Shown: one piece after another, positions 7,359 through 15,908 of the stretch
Layout of the letters: each line of letters opens with the position of its first letter
Position numbering within the stretch: position 1 is the first letter of the stretch
Virus record (IMG/VR): IMGVR_UViG_3300033072_001172
Coordinates: 1 to 64,000 of that record
Origin: a virus
Taxonomy: Duplodnaviria > Caudoviricetes
Strand: one strand, 5' to 3'
DNA length: 64,000 bases
Notes under the pieces: model-generated
Database searches by the model: none
What the model was told of the DNA's origin: nothing
The model's input: the letters and a program-made list of their open reading frames with translations, nothing else
Made by a program: the position numbers and the translations under genes

Positions 7359-7905
7359 CCATCACGTCGTCGAAGAAACGGCTCTGGCTGTCTGTAGCTT
7401 CGGCGAGAGCTTCATCCATGGCCTTGCGCATGGTGCTGGCGCAGCCGGACATGCTGCGGTCAGAGTTCGGTCCGCAGGAGACCACGAACTGCCAGGTCTT
7501 CTCGTCGGTGAACTGCTGGCTCAACCAGACGGCCACGTAATGGCCCTTCTTGTTCAGGTCCTTGCGCCACCACACATCCGCTTTTGGAAGCTGGAGCTCG
7601 CAGACGCACTTGTCCCAGTCTTCCGCACGAAGTTCATCTTCGGGGACTTCCGGGACGGTCTCCTGCAGGACGCGGACCCGTTCTGTGATCGTGTAGGTGC
7701 GCAGCGCGTTGTCTCCAAGATCCGCGCCGACGAATGTCCTGGTCTTGTAGTTGATGGCACCGTGGATGTGCTTGGCCAGCTTCTCGCCGTCCACGACGGT
7801 GGTCGTGAGAAACTGTTGCACCGAAGCCTCGGCGTCAGGGTAGGTTTTCGTGTCCTCAAGCATGGCTTGGATGAAGAACAGCAGTTCAATCAGCGACATT
7901 GGCAT
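7342..7905 (-). CDS. hypothetical protein
   Basis: MPMSLIELLFF...; coupled to the upstream gene. Confidence 0.7.
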   Translation of the reverse strand: MPMSLIELLFFIQAMLEDTKTYPDAEASVQQFLTTTVVDGEKLAKHIHGAINYKTRTFVGADLGDNALRTYTITERVRVLQETVPEVPEDELRAEDWDKCVCELQLPKADVWWRKDLNKKGHYVAVWLSQQFTDEKTWQFVVSCGPNSDRSMSGCASTMRKAMDEALAEATDSQSRFFDDVMEKHRA

Positions 7906-8344
7906 CCTTTCGGGCCGAGTCTTCGTAAATGTTTTGTCGGTACTTCTCTTCAGCGTGCCAGTTGAGCTTGATGCGCTCGGCTCCGTTCTTGTAGTGCTCC
8001 CAGATGTTGCGGATGTTGGCACTGGCGGCGATGATGGCGTAGGTGAGGCTGCTCATGAGCGAGCCGCCGCGGCGACCACCGTGGGGCAGAAAGGCCACCA
8101 GTGAGCCTTCACAGATGTCGGTGAGTTCTTCGGGCGCCTTGTCCCAATCTTCGGCGTACTTTTCCTTGAAGATCTTCAGGCAGAGGTAATAGATCTTCCA
8201 GCAAAGCTCGTTGTCGCTGAGCTTCAGCTCAGGCAGTGAGTCGAGGTAGGCCTGGCCCTGGCGGTTCAACTCATCAACACGCTGGCTGATGTTCTGCACC
8301 CAATGCAGCTTCAACGTTGGATCAGGTTTCTTCTTCTTGCTCAT
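7886..8344 (-). CDS. hypothetical protein
   Basis: MSKKKKPD..., GGAG SD. Confidence 0.7.
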   Translation of the reverse strand: MSKKKKPDPTLKLHWVQNISQRVDELNRQGQAYLDSLPELKLSDNELCWKIYYLCLKIFKEKYAEDWDKAPEELTDICEGSLVAFLPHGGRRGGSLMSSLTYAIIAASANIRNIWEHYKNGAERIKLNWHAEEKYRQNIYEDSARKDANVAD

Positions 8345-8678
8345 GGTTCTCCGGGTATACGACTTCACACAACGGCATTTTGTTTGGCTTACCGTCGTCA
8401 GTCTGTTCCACCCAGTAGACGTTCCCGTAAAGAAATACCCGCCACGGTTTGCCGGAACGGTTGGCGTTGGCCTGGGCGGTACGCATTGCCTTGTCGCGGT
8501 TGGTGCCAGCGTTGCTCATGAATTCGTGTTCCTCTGGGGGTTCGTGGTAGTGGCTGCCGAGCTCGATGCCGTGGCAGACCGGGCAGAACCGCGGGCCCCC
8601 GTAATCAGGTTCGTAGCGCGGGAGCCCGGCGGCCTCACGACGGTCACCAAGTTGTTCACGTTCTGCTGCTGTGGTCAT
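8322..8678 (-). CDS. hypothetical protein with CxxC
   Basis: MTTAAERE...FCPVCHG. Confidence 0.6.
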   Translation of the reverse strand: MTTAAEREQLGDRREAAGLPRYEPDYGGPRFCPVCHGIELGSHYHEPPEEHEFMSNAGTNRDKAMRTAQANANRSGKPWRVFLYGNVYWVEQTDDGKPNKMPLCEVVYPENHEQEEET

Positions 8679-9036
8679 TGCCGACTTCCTGGTAGGTGAG
8701 AATGGTCTGCCCCGCAGCCCACGCATCCTTGCATCGGGCGGCAAAGGCGTCCCGGGCCTGTTTGTCGTTCAACCAGAACAGGTACTCAACGATCGTGTTA
8801 TCGTCCTGGTCGCGCACCTCTACGTGAATGCGCATGTGCGGGTACCGCTGATCGTTGGTCGCCGGCCTTTTCTTGTCGACAACCGACATGGCTTCTGCCC
8901 AGTTGAGCAGACGGTAGCCACCAGGCTTGTCCTTAAGATAGTCGGTGACCAGAAGCGCCATCGCTTCGGACGGGCCCGCCGCCAGCGGCATACCATCCCG
9001 CATGAGCACGTACGGAAAGTTGATGATCGATTTCAT
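8656..9036 (-). CDS. hypothetical protein
   Basis: 126-aa ORF in operon. Confidence 0.7.
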   Translation of the reverse strand: MKSIINFPYVLMRDGMPLAAGPSEAMALLVTDYLKDKPGGYRLLNWAEAMSVVDKKRPATNDQRYPHMRIHVEVRDQDDNTIVEYLFWLNDKQARDAFAARCKDAWAAGQTILTYQEVGNDHSSRT

Positions 9037-9042
9037 CGTGCT

Positions 9043-9270
9043 TTACGCCTTCTTTGCGCTGTTCTGTTTGGCGCGCAACCACATGAGGTCGTCAAACAAC
9101 TTGTCGACCATGATCACCACAGACTGCTTGTGGCGCATCGGGCGGATCTCGATGAGACCGCCATCCTTGGTGCCCTGCACGGTCACGACCAGTTCGTCGA
9201 CCTTCACGGTTTTGGGGGTACCTTTAACCACGCGAACAACCTTCTTTCCGCTCTGCAACCGAGTCGGCAT
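9043..9270 (-). CDS. small basic protein
   Basis: SD AAGGAGG; first gene after a GGCATAAGA motif. Confidence 0.75.
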   Translation of the reverse strand: MPTRLQSGKKVVRVVKGTPKTVKVDELVVTVQGTKDGGLIEIRPMRHKQSVVIMVDKLFDDLMWLRAKQNSAKKA

Positions 9271-9299
9271 ACTGCCTCCTTAGAAAGTACCATCAATGT

Positions 9300-9308
9300 T
9301 CTTATGCC
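9300..9308 (-). promoter_or_regulatory. GGCATAAGA motif
   Basis: TCTTATGCC on +, about 30 nt upstream of the ATG at 9270; divergent TATACT at 9331. Confidence 0.7.
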
Positions 9309-9355
9309 CCGGATGCGGGGGTGTTTCGTCTATACTTTTGGCTGAGGAACACGCG

Positions 9356-11803
9356 ATGACTCAGAGCATTTCCTGGGCGTTTCAAGACGCGGCCACCGCC
9401 CGCCAGGCCAATCGACGCGTTGCCGCAGCTGTTGACCCCGGTGTGTACCAGGGGTTCTTTCCCGTAGTCAGCGTCAGCAGCGTGATTCCGAACCGAATCG
9501 ATCTGACGCCTGGAGCTGATGGTGTCAGCGTCGTCATCACGGCGGAAGGCGTGCGCATTGAGGAAAACACGAGCCTGGCGGCGGTCGCCCAGTTCGTGAA
9601 TCCTGACGCAACGCGCGAACGCTACGATCTCGTCGTGCTGGAGTACCAGTACACGACAGACCGCAACATCCCCGCCATCTACAAGGTGGTGCCTGGCGCG
9701 TTTGCGCCGGTAGGCCAGACGCCGGTGCTTCCGCAGCCGCAAAACCAGTACCAAGTGCCCATCTGTTATGTGCGGATCCGGCCGGTGGCTCCGGCGGGCG
9801 GACCCACTCTCGTGAACCTGGCGCAGTCGGACCTGCTGCCGGTGATCCGCGGGCAGGATGTGACGCACCCGAGGGATATGGGCGCGCTGAAGCCCATACT
9901 GGACCCGAGCAACAGCGCCCGTCAACGACTGTATGTTTACCCGGGCACGTACCCTTCGACGGACCGCTCTACCATCGTCGACTTCTTTGGCGGTTACTCC
10001 CGGCTGATCACGGACACGGCGCTGGTTGCCGCGATGACCGTCGGCCAGACACAGTACTGGGCGGTCGGCATCACGGACGACGGTGTTGTTGATCTGTTTG
10101 AGCAACTGAGCAGCTTCACGGACAATCCGACGAACGTCGAGTCCGCGCTGCCGTTGTGTGTGGTCGAAATCCGCAACATCAGCGGCGACCCGGGTATCAC
10201 GCAGCTGCGCGACATTCGCCAGTTTGTCGCACGTCTCGGCACCGGTTCCGACGAGCTCGACCAGTGGAAAGACATGTTTGCCTCGACCGTGTTCGAGGAT
10301 CTGGTGTTTGACGCCCTGGCCAACCTTGACCGTGTGTACGCCAACAGTCTCACCGACACCGGCGCCACACCCGACACTTCCGGATTGACGCTCGAACTTG
10401 ACCAGGCGCAGTCCGCTCTGGTGCTCAAGTGCGACGGCGTGAATGTGCCCAGCGGTGACGTGACCCTCGTTCTGGGAGATTTTCTGGCGGCCGCCGGCTT
10501 CTCGTCAGTCCGTGAGTTTGTGGTGGCGGCGCTGCATGATGTTCCCGGCCAGGGAACGGCCGGCCTTCAGTTTCGCTACTCGTTTTCGGGCGTGTTCGGC
10601 GGATTCCAGCCCGACTCGTCACTGGCGGCGCTTCCGCTCGACAACAATCTGGACAGCCCGATCATTGCGACGCCCGGTAACCCGACGAACTTGTTTCTCA
10701 AGCTGGTGTTTCCAGTCAACCTGTTCCCGGCGGGTACCGCGGTCGAGTACCGCATCTTCAGCATCGGTGTCATGGCCAACATCGACCGCGCGGTTGCCAG
10801 CGCCGAAACACTGCTCGATGATGCCAGGACCACGCTTGAGAATGCTGTACGCAACGTGATCGCCAATGACTTCACGCATTGGTCGTACCCGAATGACACG
10901 GCGTTTGTCGCCCCGAATGATCCTGCGTCGTCGGTGTTCTCCATGCTGATCTCCGGAGATTCCGGTGACATCTCTGCCGGCAAACGACAGGTGGGCCCGG
11001 ACGGCTGGCAGGCCGTGTGGCAGACCGCTGGAGCGATCCCGTCGGTGTCGCTGATGAGATACCAGCGCAGCACCGGTACGGACCGCCGTTTCGCTTTACG
11101 CACCCAGATCAGTTCGATCGCGGCGACCAATGCCGGCGAACTGCTGCTTGAGTATCGTGTCCCTGCCTGTTTGTTCCGTGTCGGGGACGCCGTCAGCTTC
11201 GCCGTGAACGTGGAGGTCAACGCGCCAGGTATCGCCGGTCTGTCGATCCGGCTGTACAACCGCAACGCCCAGAACGAGCTCAAGGTGGTCACGGAGGCGC
11301 CGGCGGTGTACGCACCGGCCGGCTTCAAGCGGCTCGTCAGCACCACGGGCGGCAACAAGATTGATGCCAGCCACACGGCGGTCGGTTTTGTGCTGCGTCT
11401 GCGCCAGTCGGCATCCCTGGCGGTGGATGCAAAGTGGTCTGACCCGGTCGGTTGCGCCGGCGAGTTCAGCACAGTCCTGCCGTTTTCGGCGCCGCAGGAT
11501 CCGCTGACAGAGCTCCAGCATTACGTGTCGGTGCATCGCATGATGCAGAAGGGTCACACCTCGGAACCGTCGCCGGTCGGCATCTCGGCGCCAATGGCCC
11601 CCAAGTACCGGGCGCTCGGGTCGCCGCGGGCAGAACTGGTGGCATTGTCCGGTGCGCAGAATTCCTCCAACGTGTCCGGTCTGACGGCGACACCAGATGA
11701 TTTCGGGCAGAGCCTGGCGGTTGAAGGTGTGTCGATCCAGAATGGACCGTACGCGATTGACGCGCTGGTTGTGGCGGATGTTCTCTACGAGAAGGAGTCG
11801 TAA
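9356..11803 (+). CDS. virion structural protein (baseplate/tail associated)
   Basis: ATG after GAGG SD; N-terminal RIDL...RYDLVVLEY pattern typical of tail/baseplate proteins; beta-rich. Confidence 0.7.
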   Translation: MTQSISWAFQDAATARQANRRVAAAVDPGVYQGFFPVVSVSSVIPNRIDLTPGADGVSVVITAEGVRIEENTSLAAVAQFVNPDATRERYDLVVLEYQYTTDRNIPAIYKVVPGAFAPVGQTPVLPQPQNQYQVPICYVRIRPVAPAGGPTLVNLAQSDLLPVIRGQDVTHPRDMGALKPILDPSNSARQRLYVYPGTYPSTDRSTIVDFFGGYSRLITDTALVAAMTVGQTQYWAVGITDDGVVDLFEQLSSFTDNPTNVESALPLCVVEIRNISGDPGITQLRDIRQFVARLGTGSDELDQWKDMFASTVFEDLVFDALANLDRVYANSLTDTGATPDTSGLTLELDQAQSALVLKCDGVNVPSGDVTLVLGDFLAAAGFSSVREFVVAALHDVPGQGTAGLQFRYSFSGVFGGFQPDSSLAALPLDNNLDSPIIATPGNPTNLFLKLVFPVNLFPAGTAVEYRIFSIGVMANIDRAVASAETLLDDARTTLENAVRNVIANDFTHWSYPNDTAFVAPNDPASSVFSMLISGDSGDISAGKRQVGPDGWQAVWQTAGAIPSVSLMRYQRSTGTDRRFALRTQISSIAATNAGELLLEYRVPACLFRVGDAVSFAVNVEVNAPGIAGLSIRLYNRNAQNELKVVTEAPAVYAPAGFKRLVSTTGGNKIDASHTAVGFVLRLRQSASLAVDAKWSDPVGCAGEFSTVLPFSAPQDPLTELQHYVSVHRMMQKGHTSEPSPVGISAPMAPKYRALGSPRAELVALSGAQNSSNVSGLTATPDDFGQSLAVEGVSIQNGPYAIDALVVADVLYEKES

Positions 11804-12417
11804 TGTTCGTGGTTCGCCGCCGTGGCACGACGTTGCCGAGCTTCTATAAAAACAAAGTCGCCGGCCAGCAGATCAAGTTCCAGAGCGAGACTGCCGGGCG
11901 CGCGTACATTTTCGAGTATGCGGCGGCGACCGAGCCTGTCGACCGCGCGGCACGTGGTATCACGGAGCCGTCTCCGCCGATCACCGACACCATCGATGTA
12001 CGGTTGCCGTTTACGTACTTCGTCGGGCTCAAACAGGTGCAGTTGTGGAGCGTCGACATCGCCACCGGCGCCATGACGCGTCTGGTGCGCCGGTCCGACT
12101 ATCCCGCGTCCGGTGCGCTTGACGCCGGCGCCCTGGTGTACGCCGACCTCGGCGTGAACGCCGTTACTTTCGACGAACTCAGCTCCAACCAGATCCGCAT
12201 TTACAACACGTTCCCTGGCGACGTGTTCATGGTTGGCCACGGGCACACTGCGGCGCCGGCGAGTCTCGGCCGCAAAGTCACGGTGGAAGACCAGGCAGAC
12301 AACATCGGTTTGGAGCTGCAGGGCGCCGGCGACGGTATCGTGCTGGTGACTCCGGATGGCCGTCGTGTCCGTTTCAGCGTGCACAACGGCCTCGGAGCGC
12401 GTATCGAGCAGCTGTAG
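11803..12417 (+). CDS. putative virion protein
   Basis: TAATG overlap; C-terminal GIVLVTPDGRRVR motif as in tail-fibre-associated proteins. Confidence 0.65.
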   Translation: MFVVRRRGTTLPSFYKNKVAGQQIKFQSETAGRAYIFEYAAATEPVDRAARGITEPSPPITDTIDVRLPFTYFVGLKQVQLWSVDIATGAMTRLVRRSDYPASGALDAGALVYADLGVNAVTFDELSSNQIRIYNTFPGDVFMVGHGHTAAPASLGRKVTVEDQADNIGLELQGAGDGIVLVTPDGRRVRFSVHNGLGARIEQL

Positions 12418-12852
12418 TCACCAAAGCCATTGACGCCGCAGGTCATGGCGTCTGCTCTCGGTAAGACGATCCTGCAGAATGGCTTGAATCAATGAGCGGC
12501 CGAGCGTGGCGCTGGAAACTTCTTCGTGGTCAGTCGGGTCATCCGGATTCTGGCAGGACCAGCAGACAGTGGCGCTGGAGACAATGCAGTTCGGCCCCGG
12601 CGCCACGCGATGTGTGGTCATCAACGCCAGCAAACCCTTGACCGAGCGTTCATCCAGCACGTGTTTGATATGAACACAGACAGCGTTGGCGTCACCTTCG
12701 ATGATGAATGACGACACGTCGCGCCGTCTGGTCAGCTCAGTCATGTGCTTCATGATGGCGCGGCATGCGACTTTGGTGAGATGAACAAGCATCACGTGGT
12801 CTCGGCTGGCGCGCAGAGCCGCCACAACCGGCCGTTCTACCGCGATGTTCAT
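12418..12852 (-). CDS. hypothetical protein
   Basis: ATGA-coupled 144-aa ORF. Confidence 0.6.
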   Translation of the reverse strand: MNIAVERPVVAALRASRDHVMLVHLTKVACRAIMKHMTELTRRRDVSSFIIEGDANAVCVHIKHVLDERSVKGLLALMTTHRVAPGPNCIVSSATVCWSCQNPDDPTDHEEVSSATLGRSLIQAILQDRLTESRRHDLRRQWLW

Positions 12853-13322
12853 GTGGTCTTGTCCTTTTGTGCGAGCTCGGCCGTCGCCTGGGCACGCAGT
12901 TGATCCCGCTTCTGTTTATCCGGCACCTTATCGATCGACAGCATCATCATGGAAATAGCGGCAATGCTGGCATCGCGGACCGTCGCCAGACGTTCCGCGA
13001 GCCCTTTGTCGGTGATCAGCGGTTCGTTCTCGGGCAGTGTCGCGCTCACGTTCGCCGGGTCGACTCCGCGGCCTCTCAGGTGCCGGAACATTTCACTCTC
13101 GATGCGCAGCAGTGCCGCATCCAGCCGCGTCAGCTGCTCGACTTCCTCGGTAGTGACGTGCTCATGCAGGTACTTCGTCATGGCATCGGGGTTCACAAGC
13201 ATGTCGTCACTGGAAACGTTCGGGCGCTCTTCGGCGTTTCTCATCCACAACGTAAAACGGACGCTGATGCGCCGCAGAACATCGGCACGCGGCGGTTTGT
13301 GGTTCACCTGCTGGTCGGTCAT
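12849..13322 (-). CDS. hypothetical protein
   Basis: MTDQQVNH..., AAAGG SD. Confidence 0.7.
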   Translation of the reverse strand: MTDQQVNHKPPRADVLRRISVRFTLWMRNAEERPNVSSDDMLVNPDAMTKYLHEHVTTEEVEQLTRLDAALLRIESEMFRHLRGRGVDPANVSATLPENEPLITDKGLAERLATVRDASIAAISMMMLSIDKVPDKQKRDQLRAQATAELAQKDKTT

Positions 13323-13651
13323 GGTTGAGCCTTTTTCTTTAGACGATCGATCGGTCGCGCGTAAGGTGTAAAACGTGTAGCGACCCACTCTGTGCAGTCC
13401 GCGGAACATGGATCGCTGAGGCGATGCATCAAGGCCGATCCTACACGGATCGTCCAGATACCGTCGGTCGCCCCCGCATAGTACTTGATGAGCAACGCGA
13501 TCGCATCCGCGTCAGCTTGTGGTTGCGTGTGCGCCCGGATTGCCGCGTCACGTTCTGCCTGCGTGAGAATGTCCCACTCGATGAATGTGCTGCCACCGAC
13601 ACCGTCAAGTTCAACGGCCGGGCCGCTGTAGGTCACACGTCGCATTGTCAT
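13319..13651 (-). CDS. hypothetical protein
   Basis: 110-aa ORF in operon. Confidence 0.55.
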   Translation of the reverse strand: MTMRRVTYSGPAVELDGVGGSTFIEWDILTQAERDAAIRAHTQPQADADAIALLIKYYAGATDGIWTIRVGSALMHRLSDPCSADCTEWVATRFTPYARPIDRLKKKAQP

Positions 13652-13694
13652 TGTGTTTTCTTCTGGTGGCTCCGTTGACCAGAGCCACCGGTGT

Positions 13695-14018
13695 TCAACC
13701 GAAAGTCAGAGGCGGGAGTGCGTCAAAGATCGCCCTGAGCTCCTCCTTGGGCTTGGCGCACCACGACGTGTATTTCTCCGGGGAACCGTGGCAGCTATCC
13801 GGCACCGCGTACTGCAGCCAGGCCACAATGTGGGCGATCCCGGCAAGCGAGTACGCATCCCCGGAGGCGACCGCGCCGGCCAGATCGTTGCAGATCACCT
13901 TCTTCAGGAAGTGTCCTGGCGGCACACCGAACAACACGTAATTTCTGAGCCCAGCGTACAGATGCTCCGGGACTTTGCGCCAATCAGGGTACACCATGGG
14001 GGCGTTCCTGCGCTCCAT
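13695..14018 (-). CDS. conserved phage protein (PPGxFL...NDL type)
   Basis: YVLFGVPPGHFLKKVICNDL...PDSCHGSPEK pattern; AGGAG SD. Confidence 0.65.
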   Translation of the reverse strand: MERRNAPMVYPDWRKVPEHLYAGLRNYVLFGVPPGHFLKKVICNDLAGAVASGDAYSLAGIAHIVAWLQYAVPDSCHGSPEKYTSWCAKPKEELRAIFDALPPLTFG

Positions 14019-14392
14019 CAACTCTCCTGGGTTGTGAGCGAGCAACCCGTTCGCATGATTTCTTCCTCCAGAAATCTTGCAAACAGGTCGACTTCGGTCT
14101 GGGGAATTTTCTTCAACACCGGGTTCTTGTTGTCGAACAGGTACTCGATGATGTCGGGTAGCGCGTCCGGCAACGACACATTCCCGTCCACCCAGCGCCA
14201 TAGATCAGCGCCGGTGTCTTCATCTTCCAGGGCCTCCGCCGTTACAACGGCGCCGCCACGTTTCCGCGGGTTGTACGTGATGACGTACGCGAAGTTCAGG
14301 CGGATAACCACCCCCACGGAGAACATGAAGGTCAGCGGTACCATGAACCGCTTTGCCACAAGTTGCGGTGCTTCTCGTGTCACCGTTATCAT
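14018..14392 (-). CDS. hypothetical protein
   Basis: MITVTREAP..., GAGG SD. Confidence 0.65.
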   Translation of the reverse strand: MITVTREAPQLVAKRFMVPLTFMFSVGVVIRLNFAYVITYNPRKRGGAVVTAEALEDEDTGADLWRWVDGNVSLPDALPDIIEYLFDNKNPVLKKIPQTEVDLFARFLEEEIMRTGCSLTTQES

Positions 14393-14435
14393 AGCGGCAC
14401 CTCTACGGGATTTCTTCCAGAAGTTTTTCGGGCAG

Positions 14436-14561
14436 CTATCCGGCACCGCCACCCTCGCCGTCGCCGTTATTGCAGGTGTAACCGTGCCCGTAACCGGCGC
14501 CGTAGCTGTCACCGTTGCTGGAACCGTTATCCCGAATCAACCCAACAGAGCTCAGCATCAT
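14436..14561 (-). CDS. 41-aa Gly/Asn-rich protein (not in ORF track)
   Basis: Manual: MMLSSVGLIRDNGSSNGDSYGAGYGHGYTCNNGDGEGGGAG; ATGA overlap, AAGGAG SD. Confidence 0.6.
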   Translation of the reverse strand: MMLSSVGLIRDNGSSNGDSYGAGYGHGYTCNNGDGEGGGAG

Positions 14562-14785
14562 CTTGCGGCTCCTTGACCGCTGTCGTCATCGTCACCGTAA
14601 CCGTTGCTGGAACCGTGACCGTCACCGTCACCGTTGCTGGAACCGCCGCCGTAGCCGGAACCGTGACCGTAACCGTTAGGCATTCGCCAGGAGTGGAGCG
14701 ACCACGCCAGATAGCCGCACTCCGAAGCCGACGCGTTGCTTTTTCCATGTCCAGTCTGTGCGGTTTCTTGTGGTTGTATGATCAC
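14558..14785 (-). CDS. small Gly/Asn-rich protein
   Basis: MIIQ...NGYGHGSGYGGGSSNGDGDGHG. Confidence 0.7.
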   Translation of the reverse strand: MIIQPQETAQTGHGKSNASASECGYLAWSLHSWRMPNGYGHGSGYGGGSSNGDGDGHGSSNGYGDDDDSGQGAAR

Positions 14786-15033
14786 GGGAACCTTGTCATC
14801 CCGTCACCGGAACCGTCACCGTTCCCAGTGCTGATGCCGTTGGCGTTGGACGCGCCACCGCTATCGCCGTAGCCGTTGTTGGTGCTGCCGTACCCGAGAC
14901 CGTCATTGCTTGATTGGGAGTAGCCGCTGTTGTGCACGCTATCGCCCCATACGTTGGTTTGCGTTATGCTCCCATCCGGAAACATGTAGTTGTTGGAATC
15001 GCCGGCCCCGCTGCCGGGGCATGCAAAGATCAT
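14782..15033 (-). CDS. small Gly/Asn-rich protein
   Basis: MIFAC...GNGDGSGDG. Confidence 0.7.
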   Translation of the reverse strand: MIFACPGSGAGDSNNYMFPDGSITQTNVWGDSVHNSGYSQSSNDGLGYGSTNNGYGDSGGASNANGISTGNGDGSGDGMTRFP

Positions 15034-15057
15034 AGTTGCCCTTTGTTGCGTTTGTGC

Positions 15058-15270
15058 TTAGTCGCGTCGCCGACTTTTCTGCCGATTCGGGCAGCCGAGT
15101 TCGTGCGTAGCCACGCCGTTGATGACCAACGCTTCGCATTGTGTGCAGCGAACACTAAAACCGGTGCGCTCTTCGTTCATTTTTACGCTGAAGCCGCCGG
15201 CTATCAGGCGCCCACGCACCTGCGCGAGACGCGTATTCTGCTCTTCGTTCCGTTCTTCTGTTCCGTTCAC
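15058..15270 (-). CDS. small Zn-binding phage protein
   Basis: CTQCEALVINGVATHELGCPN; GTG after AGGAG. Confidence 0.65.
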   Translation of the reverse strand: MNGTEERNEEQNTRLAQVRGRLIAGGFSVKMNEERTGFSVRCTQCEALVINGVATHELGCPNRQKSRRRD

Positions 15271-15286
15271 CGGTGTTCTCCTGTTC

Positions 15287-15514
15287 TTACATGCGTGGCT
15301 TGTTGCCTCCAAGGCTACCGCCCGCTCCGCCCGCACAGCTATCGTTGGCGACACCGCGCGCATCCTCTGTGGCGTTACTCAGTCCGCTTGTCCCGTTGTT
15401 GCCGCCAGTGCCATGGCCGTATCCCGCTTTGATCGGCGCCATACCGTTGCTGCCTCTGGCTCTTTGGAAGTACTCAGGGTTGTTATTGGCGTAGATCCAC
15501 CTAAACATGATCAT
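15287..15514 (-). CDS. small Gly/Asn-rich protein
   Basis: MIMFRWIY...GYGHGTGGNNG. Confidence 0.65.
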   Translation of the reverse strand: MIMFRWIYANNNPEYFQRARGSNGMAPIKAGYGHGTGGNNGTSGLSNATEDARGVANDSCAGGAGGSLGGNKPRM

Positions 15515-15528
15515 GTGTTCTTTCTCCA

Positions 15529-15807
15529 CTAAGCTGGATTACCCGTTCCGTTGTCCGTGACGCCGACACCGTTGCATCGACCGGCGCCAGGGATCGATGA
15601 TATCCGTTCGAAGTTGTGCCGGTCTCCGCCGTTGCTGTACCCATGGGCGTAGTTCGTCGGGTTCCCCGCGGAGGACGGGTCCTGATGCGTAAGGTGATGA
15701 TAGTTGGCGGCGCCGAAGGCGAACTGCTCATTGTTGGTGTTTCCGCCGCTACCGACGTCGGCCGCGCTTCTCTGGCGCAGGTAACTGGGAACGTCATATA
15801 TCCACAC
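15529..15807 (-). CDS. small Gly/Asn-rich protein
   Basis: GTG after AGGAG; HGYSNGG, NGVG, NGTGN. Confidence 0.65.
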   Translation of the reverse strand: MWIYDVPSYLRQRSAADVGSGGNTNNEQFAFGAANYHHLTHQDPSSAGNPTNYAHGYSNGGDRHNFERISSIPGAGRCNGVGVTDNGTGNPA

Positions 15808-15864
15808 AGTTTGCTCCTGGTTTGACGGCTCATTGTCGTCCTTGGTCTATAAGGCCAGACATGA

Positions 15865-15873
15865 TCTTATGCC
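15865..15873 (-). promoter_or_regulatory. GGCATAAGA motif
   Basis: TCTTATGCC on + at the head of the 12418-15833 island. Confidence 0.7.
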
Positions 15874-15908
15874 GTGTTCGCCGGTAATTTTTTCGTATCC
15901 TTTAGACA

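Noticed and set aside
9151-9166. Self-target of the guide pair ACCGAGAC/TATAGGCG
   Set aside because: Only 9 contiguous nt (GAGACCGCC) match, as expected by chance
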